Shown: positions 43,955-55,118, counted from the first letter of the stretch. The stretch: 64,000 bases of DNA from Bacteroidia bacterium (GCA_026391475.1 JAPLED010000087.1:31744-95743); one strand, 5' to 3'. Program-made: numbers and translations. The notes: a model not told the origin generated them from the sequence alone.

Positions 43955-45199
43955 ATGAAAGATCTGCAAAATATTAAGCAAAGGTTTGGAATAATTGGTA
44001 ACAATGAGGACCTTAACCGGGCTATTGACATTGCTGTACAGGTAGCCCCAACTGATCTTTCAGTTCTGATTACTGGCGAAAGCGGAACCGGGAAGGAGAT
44101 TTTCCCCCAGGTAATTCATAATTACAGTGCCAGGAAGCATGGCCAGTACATTGCAGTTAACTGTGGTGCAATACCCGAAGGAACAATAGATTCTGAACTG
44201 TTTGGCCATGAAAAGGGTTCCTTTACCGGAGCAACAGAGAGCAGGAAAGGTTATTTTGAAGTCGCTGATGGGGGAACAATCTTCCTCGATGAAATAGCGG
44301 AATTGCCATTGTCCACACAGGTTCGCCTTCTCAGAGTACTTGAAACCGGTGAATTTATCAGGGTTGGTTCATCAAAGGTTCAGAAAACAAACGTCAGGGT
44401 TATTGCGGCAAGCAATGTTGATGTGCCAAGGGCAATTGACAATGGTAATTTCAGAGAGGATCTGTTCTACAGACTAAATACTGTCCCGATAAGAATACCT
44501 GCTTTGAGAGAAAGAGATGAAGATATTTTTCTTCTCTTCCGGAAGTTTGCTGTTGATTTTGCGGAGAAATACAAAATGCCTGCAATCAGACTTGATTCAG
44601 AGGCAAAAAATGTTCTTCTTAATTATTCATGGCCAGGTAATGTAAGGCAGCTTAAAAATATTACCGAACAGATATCTATTATTGAAAGAGAGCGGGAAAT
44701 CATTGCTCCGGCACTTCGCAATTATCTTCCTGAATATGGCGGTGCTAAGCTTCCTGCTGTTATAAAAAAGGATGAAGACAAATCATTTTCTTCTGAAAGA
44801 GAAATATTATATAAGATCCTTTTCGATATGAAAAGTGATATGAACGACCTTAAGAAACTGGTTTTTGATCTTCTCAGGCGGGGAGAAACAGATGTTACTT
44901 TTCAGGAGACTAACTCAAGGGTTATTAAGAATCTTTTCAGGGAAACAAACGGAGAAGAAAGTGTTTCCGGTAGTACTGAGACACCCTCTGTTGATTTTTC
45001 ACCGCATCAGAACAGGAATGACATACAGGATACAGAAGAGATATTTGAGGAATCGCTTTCCCTTGCCGACAAAGAGGTGGAAATGATAAAAAAGGCTCTC
45101 GATAAATATAATGGGAAAAGAAAAATTGCAGCAAATGAACTTGGTATCTCTGAACGAACCCTCTACAGAAAGATTAAAGAGTATGGAATTGAATCGTAA
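43955..45199 (+). CDS. Sigma-54-dependent transcriptional activator (AAA+ domain plus Fis-type HTH, no N-terminal sensory/receiver domain)
   Basis: Walker A GESGTGKE, GSFTGA loop (GAFTGA variant), Walker B GGTIFLDEI, and C-terminal HTH (AANELGISERTLYRKIKEYGI). The AAA+ core begins within about 20 aa of the N-terminus. Confidence 0.9.
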   Translation: MKDLQNIKQRFGIIGNNEDLNRAIDIAVQVAPTDLSVLITGESGTGKEIFPQVIHNYSARKHGQYIAVNCGAIPEGTIDSELFGHEKGSFTGATESRKGYFEVADGGTIFLDEIAELPLSTQVRLLRVLETGEFIRVGSSKVQKTNVRVIAASNVDVPRAIDNGNFREDLFYRLNTVPIRIPALRERDEDIFLLFRKFAVDFAEKYKMPAIRLDSEAKNVLLNYSWPGNVRQLKNITEQISIIEREREIIAPALRNYLPEYGGAKLPAVIKKDEDKSFSSEREILYKILFDMKSDMNDLKKLVFDLLRRGETDVTFQETNSRVIKNLFRETNGEESVSGSTETPSVDFSPHQNRNDIQDTEEIFEESLSLADKEVEMIKKALDKYNGKRKIAANELGISERTLYRKIKEYGIES

Positions 45200-45719
45200 G
45201 AATATTGTCAATTATCCGGTAAAAAGTCTATTTTGGCTTTTGTTTCTTATTGGAGTTACAATATTAAATGGATGCGGAATATATTCATTTTCCGGAGCCA
45301 GCACTAAAGGGTTAAAGACAGTAAGTGTACAATATTTTCAGAACAGGGCCCCGCTTGTTCAGCCAGGACTCAGCCAGTATATAACTGATGCACTGATTGA
45401 TAAATGCAAAGCCCAGACTAGTCTGGGATATATTAACGGGATTGGCGATGTGAATTTCGAGGGAGTAATAAGTGATTATAACACACGTCCATCGACTGTG
45501 GGTGCTGATGCAACAGCTGCTACGAACAGATTTACAATCTCGGTAAAAGTAAAATTCACAAATGCTATCGAGCCCGAACTTAGTTTTGAACAGACATTTT
45601 CGAGATATGAGGACTACAATGGCAACCTCGATCTGAGTGCTGTTGAAAAGGAACTTTCGGATAAGATTATAGAAATGATTGTGGAAGATATTTTTAATCA
45701 GGCCTTTGTCAATTGGTAA
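45183..45719 (+). CDS. lptE: LptE-family LPS-assembly lipoprotein (Bacteroidota type)
   Basis: ATG at 45183 overlaps the preceding stop. Lipobox ILNGC, then GIYSFSGAS...VSVQYFQNRAPLVQPGLSQ...DIFNQAFVNW, as in Bacteroidetes LptE-family proteins. The ORF-track start at 45111 lies inside the upstream gene. Confidence 0.75.
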   Translation: MELNRKNIVNYPVKSLFWLLFLIGVTILNGCGIYSFSGASTKGLKTVSVQYFQNRAPLVQPGLSQYITDALIDKCKAQTSLGYINGIGDVNFEGVISDYNTRPSTVGADATAATNRFTISVKVKFTNAIEPELSFEQTFSRYEDYNGNLDLSAVEKELSDKIIEMIVEDIFNQAFVNW

Positions 45720-45725
45720 CCGGCC

Positions 45726-46658
45726 ATGAACAGAAATGACTTTTTAAATATGATTGAGGATATAGTTCCGGTAAACCGCCTGATGATAGGGGAGGTTTAC
45801 GAGTTGATTGATATTTTTCCATATTTTCAAAGTGCCCATATGTTGCTGTTAAAAGGGCTGCAAAACAATGCTGATGTAAAATTCGAAAACCAGCTCAGGA
45901 ATTCTGCGATCCATATTGCTGACAGGGAAGTGTTGTATTATCTCCTGAAAACAAAAACTTCTCCTCAGATTGAACAAGTCGAAAGCAAAAAGGATAACGT
46001 TTCATCAGAAGACCTTGTTTACGATACGCAACAGACTGTTATTGAATCTGCAAAAAACAGTGAGTACCTGATTAATGAAATAGAGAAAATCTCTGGTGAA
46101 ACTGAATCAAAGGAACAGCAAGATTCCGGCAACCAGACTCCCTGCCATTCAATATTGATTTCAACAGAGTCAGATAATGGAGAATCCGCCGGAGTGATGA
46201 TTCTCATGGATGAAGAGGCATCTCCTTATGAAGATCAGATATTTTATATGGATCCTGGCTTTTCAGTTCCGGATCATAGTGATCTTCTGGAACTCGATCT
46301 TGATGAGAACATGACAATCATTTCTGACGAAAGTGCTAAAAGCCAGGGGCAGTTTAGCTTTGAGGGTAAGAGTTCTAAAAAGCAGTTACAGTCTGACCTT
46401 ATTGATAAATTCATTATTGCTAATCCAAGGATTGAGCCAACTAAGGAAAAAACAAATCTGCCTGTTGAAGATATTTCAAAACCATTTGTTGAAATTGAGA
46501 GAGTATTTATTACGGAGACTCTTGCAAGAATTTACGTTAATCAGGGGTATTACTCGAAGGCGATAGATATTTATGAGAAATTAAATTTGAAATTTCCGGA
46601 AAAAAGCAGTTACTTTGCGTCTCAAATCGAAAAGGTTAAAGAGTACATAAAAAAGTGA
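45726..46658 (+). CDS. Hypothetical protein with an acidic central region and a C-terminal TPR-like motif
   Basis: The C-terminus (ETLARIYVNQGYYSKAIDIYEKLNLKFPEKSSYF) looks like a TPR unit. The central part is an S/E/D-rich low-complexity region. Confidence 0.55.
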   Translation: MNRNDFLNMIEDIVPVNRLMIGEVYELIDIFPYFQSAHMLLLKGLQNNADVKFENQLRNSAIHIADREVLYYLLKTKTSPQIEQVESKKDNVSSEDLVYDTQQTVIESAKNSEYLINEIEKISGETESKEQQDSGNQTPCHSILISTESDNGESAGVMILMDEEASPYEDQIFYMDPGFSVPDHSDLLELDLDENMTIISDESAKSQGQFSFEGKSSKKQLQSDLIDKFIIANPRIEPTKEKTNLPVEDISKPFVEIERVFITETLARIYVNQGYYSKAIDIYEKLNLKFPEKSSYFASQIEKVKEYIKK

Positions 46659-46662
46659 ACAG

Positions 46663-47028
46663 ATGGGAATTTATATTTTTGTTTCAATATTAGTAATTAT
46701 CGCATGTTTTCTCCAGATTCTGATTGTTCTTGTTCAGAACTCGAAGGGTGGTGGATTAGCTGCTAATTTTACCTCAGCAGGTCAATCAATGGGTATCCGC
46801 AAAACTGCAGATTTCCTTGAGAAGTCTACATGGACGCTTGCAGGTGCAATTTTGATCCTCTGTGTTGTTGCAACAGCTACTATCCCGCGCGGAACAACTT
46901 CAGGACGTTCCAGGATAGAGAACCAGATTCAGAATGCTGTTGACCCGAATGCAATTCCAACACTCCCTACAGCTGTTCCTCCGTCAACTACAACTCCTCC
47001 GGGAAGTTTGGATCAACCTGCAAAATAG
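46663..47028 (+). CDS. secG: Preprotein translocase subunit SecG
   Basis: Two TM helices and the conserved LVQNSKGGGLA loop. Confidence 0.88.
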   Translation: MGIYIFVSILVIIACFLQILIVLVQNSKGGGLAANFTSAGQSMGIRKTADFLEKSTWTLAGAILILCVVATATIPRGTTSGRSRIENQIQNAVDPNAIPTLPTAVPPSTTTPPGSLDQPAK

Positions 47029-47212
47029 ATTTTAATTGAATGGAATACTTTGCAAGAGTGTCAGTTTGTCACATACGGACACTTTTTTATTATGTTAATA
47101 ATGTATTGTGTTTTAGGATTTTACGGATGTTTATTGCATTTTATTTCAGGAAATGGCAGGAGGGCGCCATTAAAATGTCCTTAATGAATCCAAAATGGCA
47201 TTATTTTCAATT

Positions 47213-47228
47213 TGGCATGGAATATGCT
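47213..47228 (+). promoter_or_regulatory. Sigma-54-like -24/-12 element TGGCAT-N5-ATGCT upstream of groES
   Basis: GG and GC dinucleotides sit at the canonical 10-nt spacing (TGGCATGGAATATGCT), 48 nt before the groES ATG. No TAnnTTTG box was found anywhere in the 247-nt upstream spacer. Confidence 0.3.
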
Positions 47229-47275
47229 TAAAAAGGAAGTCGGTAAATAGATGTTTAACTTTAAAACTAGATAAA

Positions 47276-47554
47276 ATGGCACAAATGAAAGGAAAAATTT
47301 TAGCAGGTAAGGTTCTTGTGAAACCTAACGAAGCTGAAGAAAAAACTGCAAGTGGAATAATTATTCCTGATTCCGCAAAGGAAAAACCACGTCAGGGCAA
47401 AGTAATTCTTGTTGGCACAGCTAAGAAAGATGAAGAGATGGAAGTAAAGAAAGGTGATGTTGTTCTTTACGGAAAGTATGCAGGACAGGAACTTACAATT
47501 GACGGTGAGGATTATCTGCTTGTATCTCAGACAGACATTCTTTTTATTGCTTAA
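47276..47554 (+). CDS. groES: Co-chaperonin GroES
   Basis: MAQMKGKILAGKVLVKPNEAEEKTASGIIIPDSAKEKPRQGKV... The ORF-track N-terminal extension from 47195 is not GroES-like. Confidence 0.95.
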   Translation: MAQMKGKILAGKVLVKPNEAEEKTASGIIIPDSAKEKPRQGKVILVGTAKKDEEMEVKKGDVVLYGKYAGQELTIDGEDYLLVSQTDILFIA

Positions 47555-47573
47555 TTTTTCGCAAACAAATTAA

Positions 47574-49220
<1,647 letters not shown>

Positions 49221-49240
49221 AATAAGCATAGTATTATACA

Positions 49241-49277
49241 GAGCCCTTCATCAATAAGTTGAAGGGCTCTCTTTTTA
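49241..49277 (+). terminator. Intrinsic terminator after groEL
   Basis: Perfect 10-bp stem GAGCCCTTCA / TGAAGGGCTC with a 9-nt loop, followed by TCTTTTTAT. Confidence 0.85.
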
Positions 49278-49299
49278 TATGTTAAAGCCGATAATTTTA

Positions 49300-49307
49300 T
49301 ATATTTG
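49300..49307 (+). promoter_or_regulatory. Candidate -7 box (TATATTTG) for lepA
   Basis: Fits TAnnTTTG, 27 nt upstream of the lepA ATG. No clear -33 TTTG. Confidence 0.35.
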
Positions 49308-49333
49308 CACCTGATTAAAAGCAAGCTTGTTCG

Positions 49334-51121
49334 ATGGACAATATCCGGAATTTCTGCATAATAGCTCATATTGACCATGGCAAGAGTACCCTGGCCGACC
49401 GGTTACTGGAGAAGACCAATACAATAACCGAAAGAGAATACCAGGCACAGGTACTCGACGACATGGATCTTGAAAGGGAAAGAGGCATAACAATAAAGAG
49501 TCATGCAATTCAGATGGAATATTTCCATGACGGTAAAAAGTATATCCTGAATCTTATTGATACACCCGGACATGTTGACTTTTCATATGAAGTATCACGA
49601 TCAATTGCTGCATGCGAGGGTGCTTTGCTTGTTATAGATGCTACTCAGGGAATACAGGCACAAACAATCTCGAACCTTTATATGGCTATCGACCATAATC
49701 TTGAAATTATTCCGGTGCTAAACAAAATGGACATGGCCAACGCGATGCCTGAAGAGGTTAAGGATCAGATCGTTGACCTTGTAGGCTGCAAAAGGGAAGA
49801 CATCATTGAAGCAAGCGCAAAGACAGGCATGGGAGTAGAAAAAATTCTTCGTGATATTGTAAATCGTATTCCACCTCCGGAAGGAAATCCCGATGCTCCT
49901 TTACAGGCTCTGGTATTTGATTCAATCTTCAATTCATTCAGAGGTATTATTGCTTACTTTAAAATAATTAATGGAACAATACGTAAAGGTGACAGGGTAA
50001 AATTCTTCAGTACTGAACTTGAATATAATGCAGAAGAAATAGGAGTCTTAAAATTTAAACAGGATCCCCGCGATAAATTGGGTGCAGGCGATGTTGGTTA
50101 TATTATTTCAGGAATAAAAAACTCCGTAGAAGTTAAGGTTGGTGATACTATTACACATGTTAAAAACCCCTGTGATAAAGCAATTTCAGGATTTGAGGAT
50201 GTTAAACCAATGGTGTTTGCCGGAATTTACCCTATTGATGCTGATGAGTATGAAAACCTGAGAATTTCAATAGAAAAGTTACAGCTGAATGATGCTTCTC
50301 TTTCATTTATTCCGGAATCATCAGCAGCACTTGGATTTGGCTTCAGGTGTGGTTTCCTGGGACTACTTCATATGGAAATCATCCAGGAGCGTCTCGAAAG
50401 GGAGTTCGACATGGATGTGATTACAACGGTACCAAACGTTTCTTATAAAGCATATACCATCAAAGGAGAAGAGATTGATGTTCATAACCCATCAGGGTTG
50501 CCTCCGGTTAACCATCTCGACCGTATTGAGGAGCCCTATATTAGCGCACAGGTAATTACACTTTCTGAATATGTAGGCTCAATAATGAATCTTTGTATTG
50601 ATAAAAGGGGAGTTCTGAAAAATCAGGTTTACCTTACAAGAGACAGGGTTGAAATAACTTTCGAAATGCCTCTGGCAGAAATAGTTTTTGATTTTTACGA
50701 TAAGCTTAAAAGCATTTCAAAAGGATATGCCTCTTTTGATTATTACTATACCACCTATCAAAAAGCAGATCTTGTTAGACTTGATATCCTTCTGAATGGT
50801 GAAATGGTTGATGCTCTTTCCACACTTATATATAGAGGCCATGCATACGATTTTGGCAAGAAGATGTGTGTCAAACTTAAAGAACTTATTCCGCGTCAGC
50901 AGTTTGACATTGCCATACAGGCAGCCATAGGTGCGAAAATTATTTCCCGCGAAACAGTAAAGGCAGTCAGAAAGGATGTAACAGCAAAATGTTACGGCGG
51001 TGATATTACAAGGAAAAGAAAACTTCTGGAGAAACAGAAGAAAGGGAAGAAACGAATGAGGCTGGTGGGAAATGTTGAAGTTCCTCAACAGGCATTCCTT
51101 GCAGTTTTAAAACTTGACTAA
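49334..51121 (+). CDS. lepA: Translation elongation factor 4 (LepA)
   Basis: [34 protein letters not shown], and the LepA-specific C-terminal domain. Confidence 0.97.
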   Translation: MDNIRNFCIIAHIDHGKSTLADRLLEKTNTITEREYQAQVLDDMDLERERGITIKSHAIQMEYFHDGKKYILNLIDTPGHVDFSYEVSRSIAACEGALLVIDATQGIQAQTISNLYMAIDHNLEIIPVLNKMDMANAMPEEVKDQIVDLVGCKREDIIEASAKTGMGVEKILRDIVNRIPPPEGNPDAPLQALVFDSIFNSFRGIIAYFKIINGTIRKGDRVKFFSTELEYNAEEIGVLKFKQDPRDKLGAGDVGYIISGIKNSVEVKVGDTITHVKNPCDKAISGFEDVKPMVFAGIYPIDADEYENLRISIEKLQLNDASLSFIPESSAALGFGFRCGFLGLLHMEIIQERLEREFDMDVITTVPNVSYKAYTIKGEEIDVHNPSGLPPVNHLDRIEEPYISAQVITLSEYVGSIMNLCIDKRGVLKNQVYLTRDRVEITFEMPLAEIVFDFYDKLKSISKGYASFDYYYTTYQKADLVRLDILLNGEMVDALSTLIYRGHAYDFGKKMCVKLKELIPRQQFDIAIQAAIGAKIISRETVKAVRKDVTAKCYGGDITRKRKLLEKQKKGKKRMRLVGNVEVPQQAFLAVLKLD

Positions 51122-51157
51122 CCAAATTTTTTGAGGCTCTATTAAAAATGTTTTTAA

Positions 51158-51296
51158 ACCACCCCGTCACGCCTATGGCGTGACACCCCTCCTTTAAAAA
51201 GTAGGGGAAAGTGTTGATATATAATGCTATAACTTTCTCCTCCTCTTTAGAGGAGGAGTACCCTGACCGAAGCGTCAGGGGGAGGTGGTGGGCTTT
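51158..51296. repeat. Cluster of GC-rich hairpins in the convergent lepA / response-regulator spacer. Likely bidirectional terminator(s) or a REP-like element.
   Basis: GTCACGCC-tat-GGCGTGAC (51166-51184), CTCCTCCTC-ttta-GAGGAGGAG (51237-51258), and CCCTGAC-cgaagc-GTCAGGG (51261-51280). Terminal GGAGGTGGTGGG followed by CTTTT. Confidence 0.6.
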
Positions 51297-51311
51297 TAAT
51301 ACAATCTTTTT

Positions 51312-51998
51312 TCAGCAGATAAGTTTATAGCCTCTTCCGTGTACGTTTAATATTTTTACAGACGGGTCTTTTTTGAGATATTTTCTCAATCTTGTAATAT
51401 ATACATCCATGCTCCTGGCATTAAAATAGTTATCATCAATCCAGATAGTTTTTAATGCAAAGTTTCTCTCCAGTATTTCGTTCCCATGCCGGCATAATAG
51501 TTCAAGCAGCTCTGATTCCTTTGTTGTGAGCTTTATTAGCTGATCCCCGTAAAAAAGCAATTGTTTCAAAGGATCAAAAGAATAACCTCCAATTACATAG
51601 GGTCCCTCTTTTTTATTTACGGAAGTACTGGTGGTTCTTCTCAGTATGGCTTCGATGCGGTAAAGCAGCTCCTCCATTGAAAATGGTTTTGTAATATAAT
51701 CATCAGCACCTGATTTGAATCCTTCTATTATGTCTTCTTTCTGGTTTTTTGCTGTAAGAAAAATTATAGGTACTTCAGGGTTTGTAAGGCGAATCTCTTT
51801 TGCAAGAGTAAGTCCATCCATTTCGGGCATCATAATATCAAGTATACACAGGCCGAATGACTCTGCTGAGAAGGCTTCAAGAGCCAGACTACCGTTAATG
51901 AACAGTGTTGTTTCATAGTTCTTAGCGGTGAGATAATTCCTTAACAAGATGCCCAGGTTGCTGTCATCTTCGGCAAGCAGAATTCTAATCTTATTCAT
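51312..51998 (-). CDS. Two-component response regulator, OmpR/PhoB family (winged-helix)
   Basis: Receiver domain (ILLAEDD, phospho-acceptor context ILDIMMPEMDG, K in LTAK) plus a trans_reg_C domain (RLRKYL...ILNVHGRGYKL). Confidence 0.92.
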   Translation of the reverse strand: MNKIRILLAEDDSNLGILLRNYLTAKNYETTLFINGSLALEAFSAESFGLCILDIMMPEMDGLTLAKEIRLTNPEVPIIFLTAKNQKEDIIEGFKSGADDYITKPFSMEELLYRIEAILRRTTSTSVNKKEGPYVIGGYSFDPLKQLLFYGDQLIKLTTKESELLELLCRHGNEILERNFALKTIWIDDNYFNARSMDVYITRLRKYLKKDPSVKILNVHGRGYKLIC

Positions 51999-53551
51999 TT
52001 TAATCCGTTTTGTGGAAGAAAAATAGTAAATCTTGTTCCTTTATTAATCTGGCTATCAGCCTTAATTGTTCCGTTATGTTCTTCTATAATCTTCTTAACA
52101 TAACTCAAACCGAGTCCAAACCCCTTTACATTATGAACATTACCGGAAGGGACACGAAAGAATTTGTCAAAAATCCTCTTCAGGTTTTCTTTACTTATCC
52201 CCATGCCTTTATCTTCAATAGTAACCAAAATACCTTTCTTGTTATTACGGGTGGAGATAATTATTTCCGGTTTATCTTTAGAGTATTTAATTGCATTATC
52301 GATAAGGTTGGAGATTGAATTCAGAAAATGAATTTCATCAATCATCGCAAGTGACATCGTGGCCTGAAAATCGTTCTTTATCGAACCATCGCGGTTTCCG
52401 ATCTGAAGAGCGAAATTTTCCACTGCTTTAATAATTATCCCATTAACATCCAACTCAGCCAGATTGAGTTTCATTTTTATTTTTTCAAATATTGCCATCT
52501 GGAGAACTTTCTCAACCTGGAACTTTAGTCTCATGCTCTCATCGGAAATGACTTTTGCCAGGTTGTCGATATTTCTATCCTTGTCGGAGATTGTTTTATC
52601 GGCCATCATCTGGGAAGCCAGAGATATTGTGGAAATAGGTGTTTTAAGCTCATGAGTCATATTGTTTATGAAATCACTCCTTATTTCTGAAATCCTTTTT
52701 TGCCGGAAAATAACGATAAAAGTCCCGGTGGAAAGGATCAGCAGAAGCAAGGTAAACAGCAGGGACAAAAAACCAAGGATTCCGATTTTCTCAAATTTAT
52801 ATTGTCGTTCCTGAAGGCAATATAGCACTATCTGATTCTGACTGGGAACAGGGTCGTTCGGAAAAAGCTGAATAATGAATTTATTTGTCCCGGGCTTATC
52901 GGTAAAACCCGGCGTTTTCCATATATTTCCCAGGCGGCCGGACCGGATGGAGAATTCATAATCGAGATAAATTCCGGCATTATTAAGGGCTGTTCTGAGT
53001 TGCTGATTCATATTTTCAGGATCGATTCTTTCTCTGATATCAGGGGTATTGCGAAGTATTTTCTCCATTATATTCTCGAGGAAAACAATTTTATTGCTCA
53101 CCCTTCCGGTTATATCCGAATTAGTTATTTGTGGCGAAGGTTCAGTTGTTTCATCTGTGGAAAAGGGAGAAATATCTTCAGCTGAAATAAATATTTTATG
53201 ACCTGAACTGGTTATTGCTATTGGTTCACCAGGATTATTAAGTCCATACATTTCAAGAAGTTCTGAGTTGGGCCGATATCCCTGAAGTTTCCTGGCCAGA
53301 GGAGAATTTGCCGGAACAATTGCTGTAACTGAATCTGTGGATGCAGGATCGATATCTTCAACGATATTTTTAATTAATTCCTTCTCTTCAAGATCAAGAA
53401 CGACTGACTCAAGAGCTTTATTAGCAAGGTAACGGAATTGCTGATCGGTTATAGCAATCGCATTTCGAATCCAGTATAACTGTATAAGGATCAGCCCCGA
53501 GATAGAGAGAAAAAAAAATATGGCCAGTAATACTATGGTTTTCCGTTTCAT
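51995..53551 (-). CDS. Sensor histidine kinase (two TM helices, HisKA plus HATPase_c)
   Basis: H-box FINNMTHELKTP, N-box LIDNAIKYS, and G-boxes IEDKGMGI / GFGLGLSYV. 4-nt overlap with the regulator gene. Confidence 0.92.
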   Translation of the reverse strand: MKRKTIVLLAIFFFLSISGLILIQLYWIRNAIAITDQQFRYLANKALESVVLDLEEKELIKNIVEDIDPASTDSVTAIVPANSPLARKLQGYRPNSELLEMYGLNNPGEPIAITSSGHKIFISAEDISPFSTDETTEPSPQITNSDITGRVSNKIVFLENIMEKILRNTPDIRERIDPENMNQQLRTALNNAGIYLDYEFSIRSGRLGNIWKTPGFTDKPGTNKFIIQLFPNDPVPSQNQIVLYCLQERQYKFEKIGILGFLSLLFTLLLLILSTGTFIVIFRQKRISEIRSDFINNMTHELKTPISTISLASQMMADKTISDKDRNIDNLAKVISDESMRLKFQVEKVLQMAIFEKIKMKLNLAELDVNGIIIKAVENFALQIGNRDGSIKNDFQATMSLAMIDEIHFLNSISNLIDNAIKYSKDKPEIIISTRNNKKGILVTIEDKGMGISKENLKRIFDKFFRVPSGNVHNVKGFGLGLSYVKKIIEEHNGTIKADSQINKGTRFTIFLPQNGLK

Positions 53552-53827
53552 ACAGACACAAAAGTACTTGTATATATTTTATATTACCACTCTTTAACTT
53601 TCTTTAACAACCTTGACTGTTTCAGGCGATTATTACAGGAATTGCGAAAACGCAAAAAATAAATTATTTTAACATATCATTAAATAATTGTTAATATTCA
53701 ACCATTTATAATAATATATTTTTTTGTTATCAATACTGTTAATATATTTGTAAAGGATTTGGCATGATATTTGAACCAGAAGATATAGAGGTTTTTTTCA
53801 TAGGTTAGGTTAGTTTTTAGGGTTATC

Positions 53828-53866
53828 AAAAAAGTGAGCCGCTTTCATAGCGGCTCACTTCTTTTT
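53828..53866. terminator. Bidirectional intrinsic terminator (downstream of the rnc-operon last gene on the minus strand)
   Basis: GTGAGCCGCT-ttcat-AGCGGCTCAC is a perfect 10-bp stem, flanked by AAAAAA upstream and TTCTTTTT downstream. Confidence 0.85.
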
Positions 53867-53887
53867 ATATCATGTCTCTGGAAAACT

Positions 53888-54328
53888 CTATTGGGTTAAG
53901 TATTGTAAATTCCTATCCTTAAAGGTATTTATATCAATATTGAACACTGCATTTACAGATTCAATTTCTCTCAGACTGGCAGTTATCTGGTCTGTATTAT
54001 TTCCCATTTCAGCATCCTGTACCTGAAAAATGTAATCTACATTTTTCAGTTTTTTAAGAAGAAAGCTTTTGCCAGACCGGTTTGAGAACAGGTTAAACAC
54101 TACATCCGGAGACTTACTGGAATCCGAAAACCGGCTAAATGCCAGTTCAGATCCGGTATCATCGGTAATCTTAAGGGGTAATATGTTTTTAAGAGAAACC
54201 CGGAATTTCTTATTAATTGAAAGTGAAAGTTTATAGTCAGGTTCTGCCGATACTATTCCAAGAAGTATAAACTCATCTTTCTGGTTAATCTTAAGTTGCA
54301 CTCGTGTAATTCTTTGAATACTCTTCAT
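53888..54328 (-). CDS. Conserved Bacteroidota hypothetical protein, probably of the IPExxxVDY family
   Basis: 146 aa directly downstream of rnc. It has the N-terminal FILLGIVSAEPDYKLS pattern and a ...LKNVDYIFQV motif. Assignment is from recollection of the family, not from a search. Confidence 0.55.
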   Translation of the reverse strand: MKSIQRITRVQLKINQKDEFILLGIVSAEPDYKLSLSINKKFRVSLKNILPLKITDDTGSELAFSRFSDSSKSPDVVFNLFSNRSGKSFLLKKLKNVDYIFQVQDAEMGNNTDQITASLREIESVNAVFNIDINTFKDRNLQYLTQ

Positions 54329-54377
54329 CTTTCGACGGCTTAACTAATAAAGTTAAGTAAAAAAGAAATACTAAACC

Positions 54378-55118
54378 TTATACGTTGAATTTATCTTTCA
54401 GCCTTCTCCATGCCTGACTGGAAGCTTCCTGTTCGGCCTCCTTTTTTGAGGCTCCGTGGCCTTCCCCTAACTCTTCTTTATCAATGAAAAGGGTTGTTGA
54501 GAAGACAGATTTTTTGAGGTAAAAATCATATTCCTCATTATATGTGAACATGAGGTTGGATTTATGCTTTTGCACCCATTCAAAAATAAGACTTTTATAA
54601 TCTGTATCAGTATTAACGATCACATTCAGATCGAGGTATTTATTAAGCACATTCCTGATAAAGAGCTTTTTGGTTTTTTTGAATCCTTTGTCTATAAAGA
54701 CCGATCCGATAAGTGCCTCGAGGGCATCACCATAAAGATTTTTTGTCGGGTGAACAGAACTGACATTGCTGATAAGGATTTTATTGATCCCCATTGATAC
54801 CGCCAGTTGATTAAGTACTTCCCTGTTTACAATCCTTGACCGTATTTTGGTCATAAAGCCTTCGCTGGCATCTGGGAATTTCTCGAAGAGATAATCTGAC
54901 AGAATTGCATCGAGCACGGCATCTCCCAGATACTCAAGCCTTTCATTATTCACTTTCTTACCATTGGGCAGGGTAAAAGAAGCTGATCGGTGGATAAATG
55001 CTATTTCGTATAATTTAAGGTTTCCTGGACTAAAGCCTAAGATCTTTTTTAAACGGGAACCAAATTCCCGGTTATCGAGTATATATGTACCATTTATTCT
55101 TTTCCGGAATAATGACAC
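54378..55118 (-). CDS. rnc: Ribonuclease III
   Basis: RNase III signature ERLEYLGDAVLD and a C-terminal dsRBD (GEGHGASKKEAEQEASSQAW). The GTG start overlaps the fabF stop by 1 nt. Confidence 0.93.
   Translation of the reverse strand: MSLFRKRINGTYILDNREFGSRLKKILGFSPGNLKLYEIAFIHRSASFTLPNGKKVNNERLEYLGDAVLDAILSDYLFEKFPDASEGFMTKIRSRIVNREVLNQLAVSMGINKILISNVSSVHPTKNLYGDALEALIGSVFIDKGFKKTKKLFIRNVLNKYLDLNVIVNTDTDYKSLIFEWVQKHKSNLMFTYNEEYDFYLKKSVFSTTLFIDKEELGEGHGASKKEAEQEASSQAWRRLKDKFNV

Noticed and set aside
47040-47275. 63-aa ORF (47040-47231) and the N-terminal extension of the groES ORF (47195-47275)
   Set aside because: The extension (MALFSIWHGICLKRKSVNRCLTLKLDK) is not GroES-like, and the conserved GroES sequence starts at the ATG at 47276. 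The 63-aa ORF lies in the promoter region and has no coding signature.
47029-47275. CIRCE (HrcA operator, TTAGCACTC-N9-GAGTGCTAA) upstream of groES
   Set aside because: I searched the spacer by eye and found no match to either half-site.
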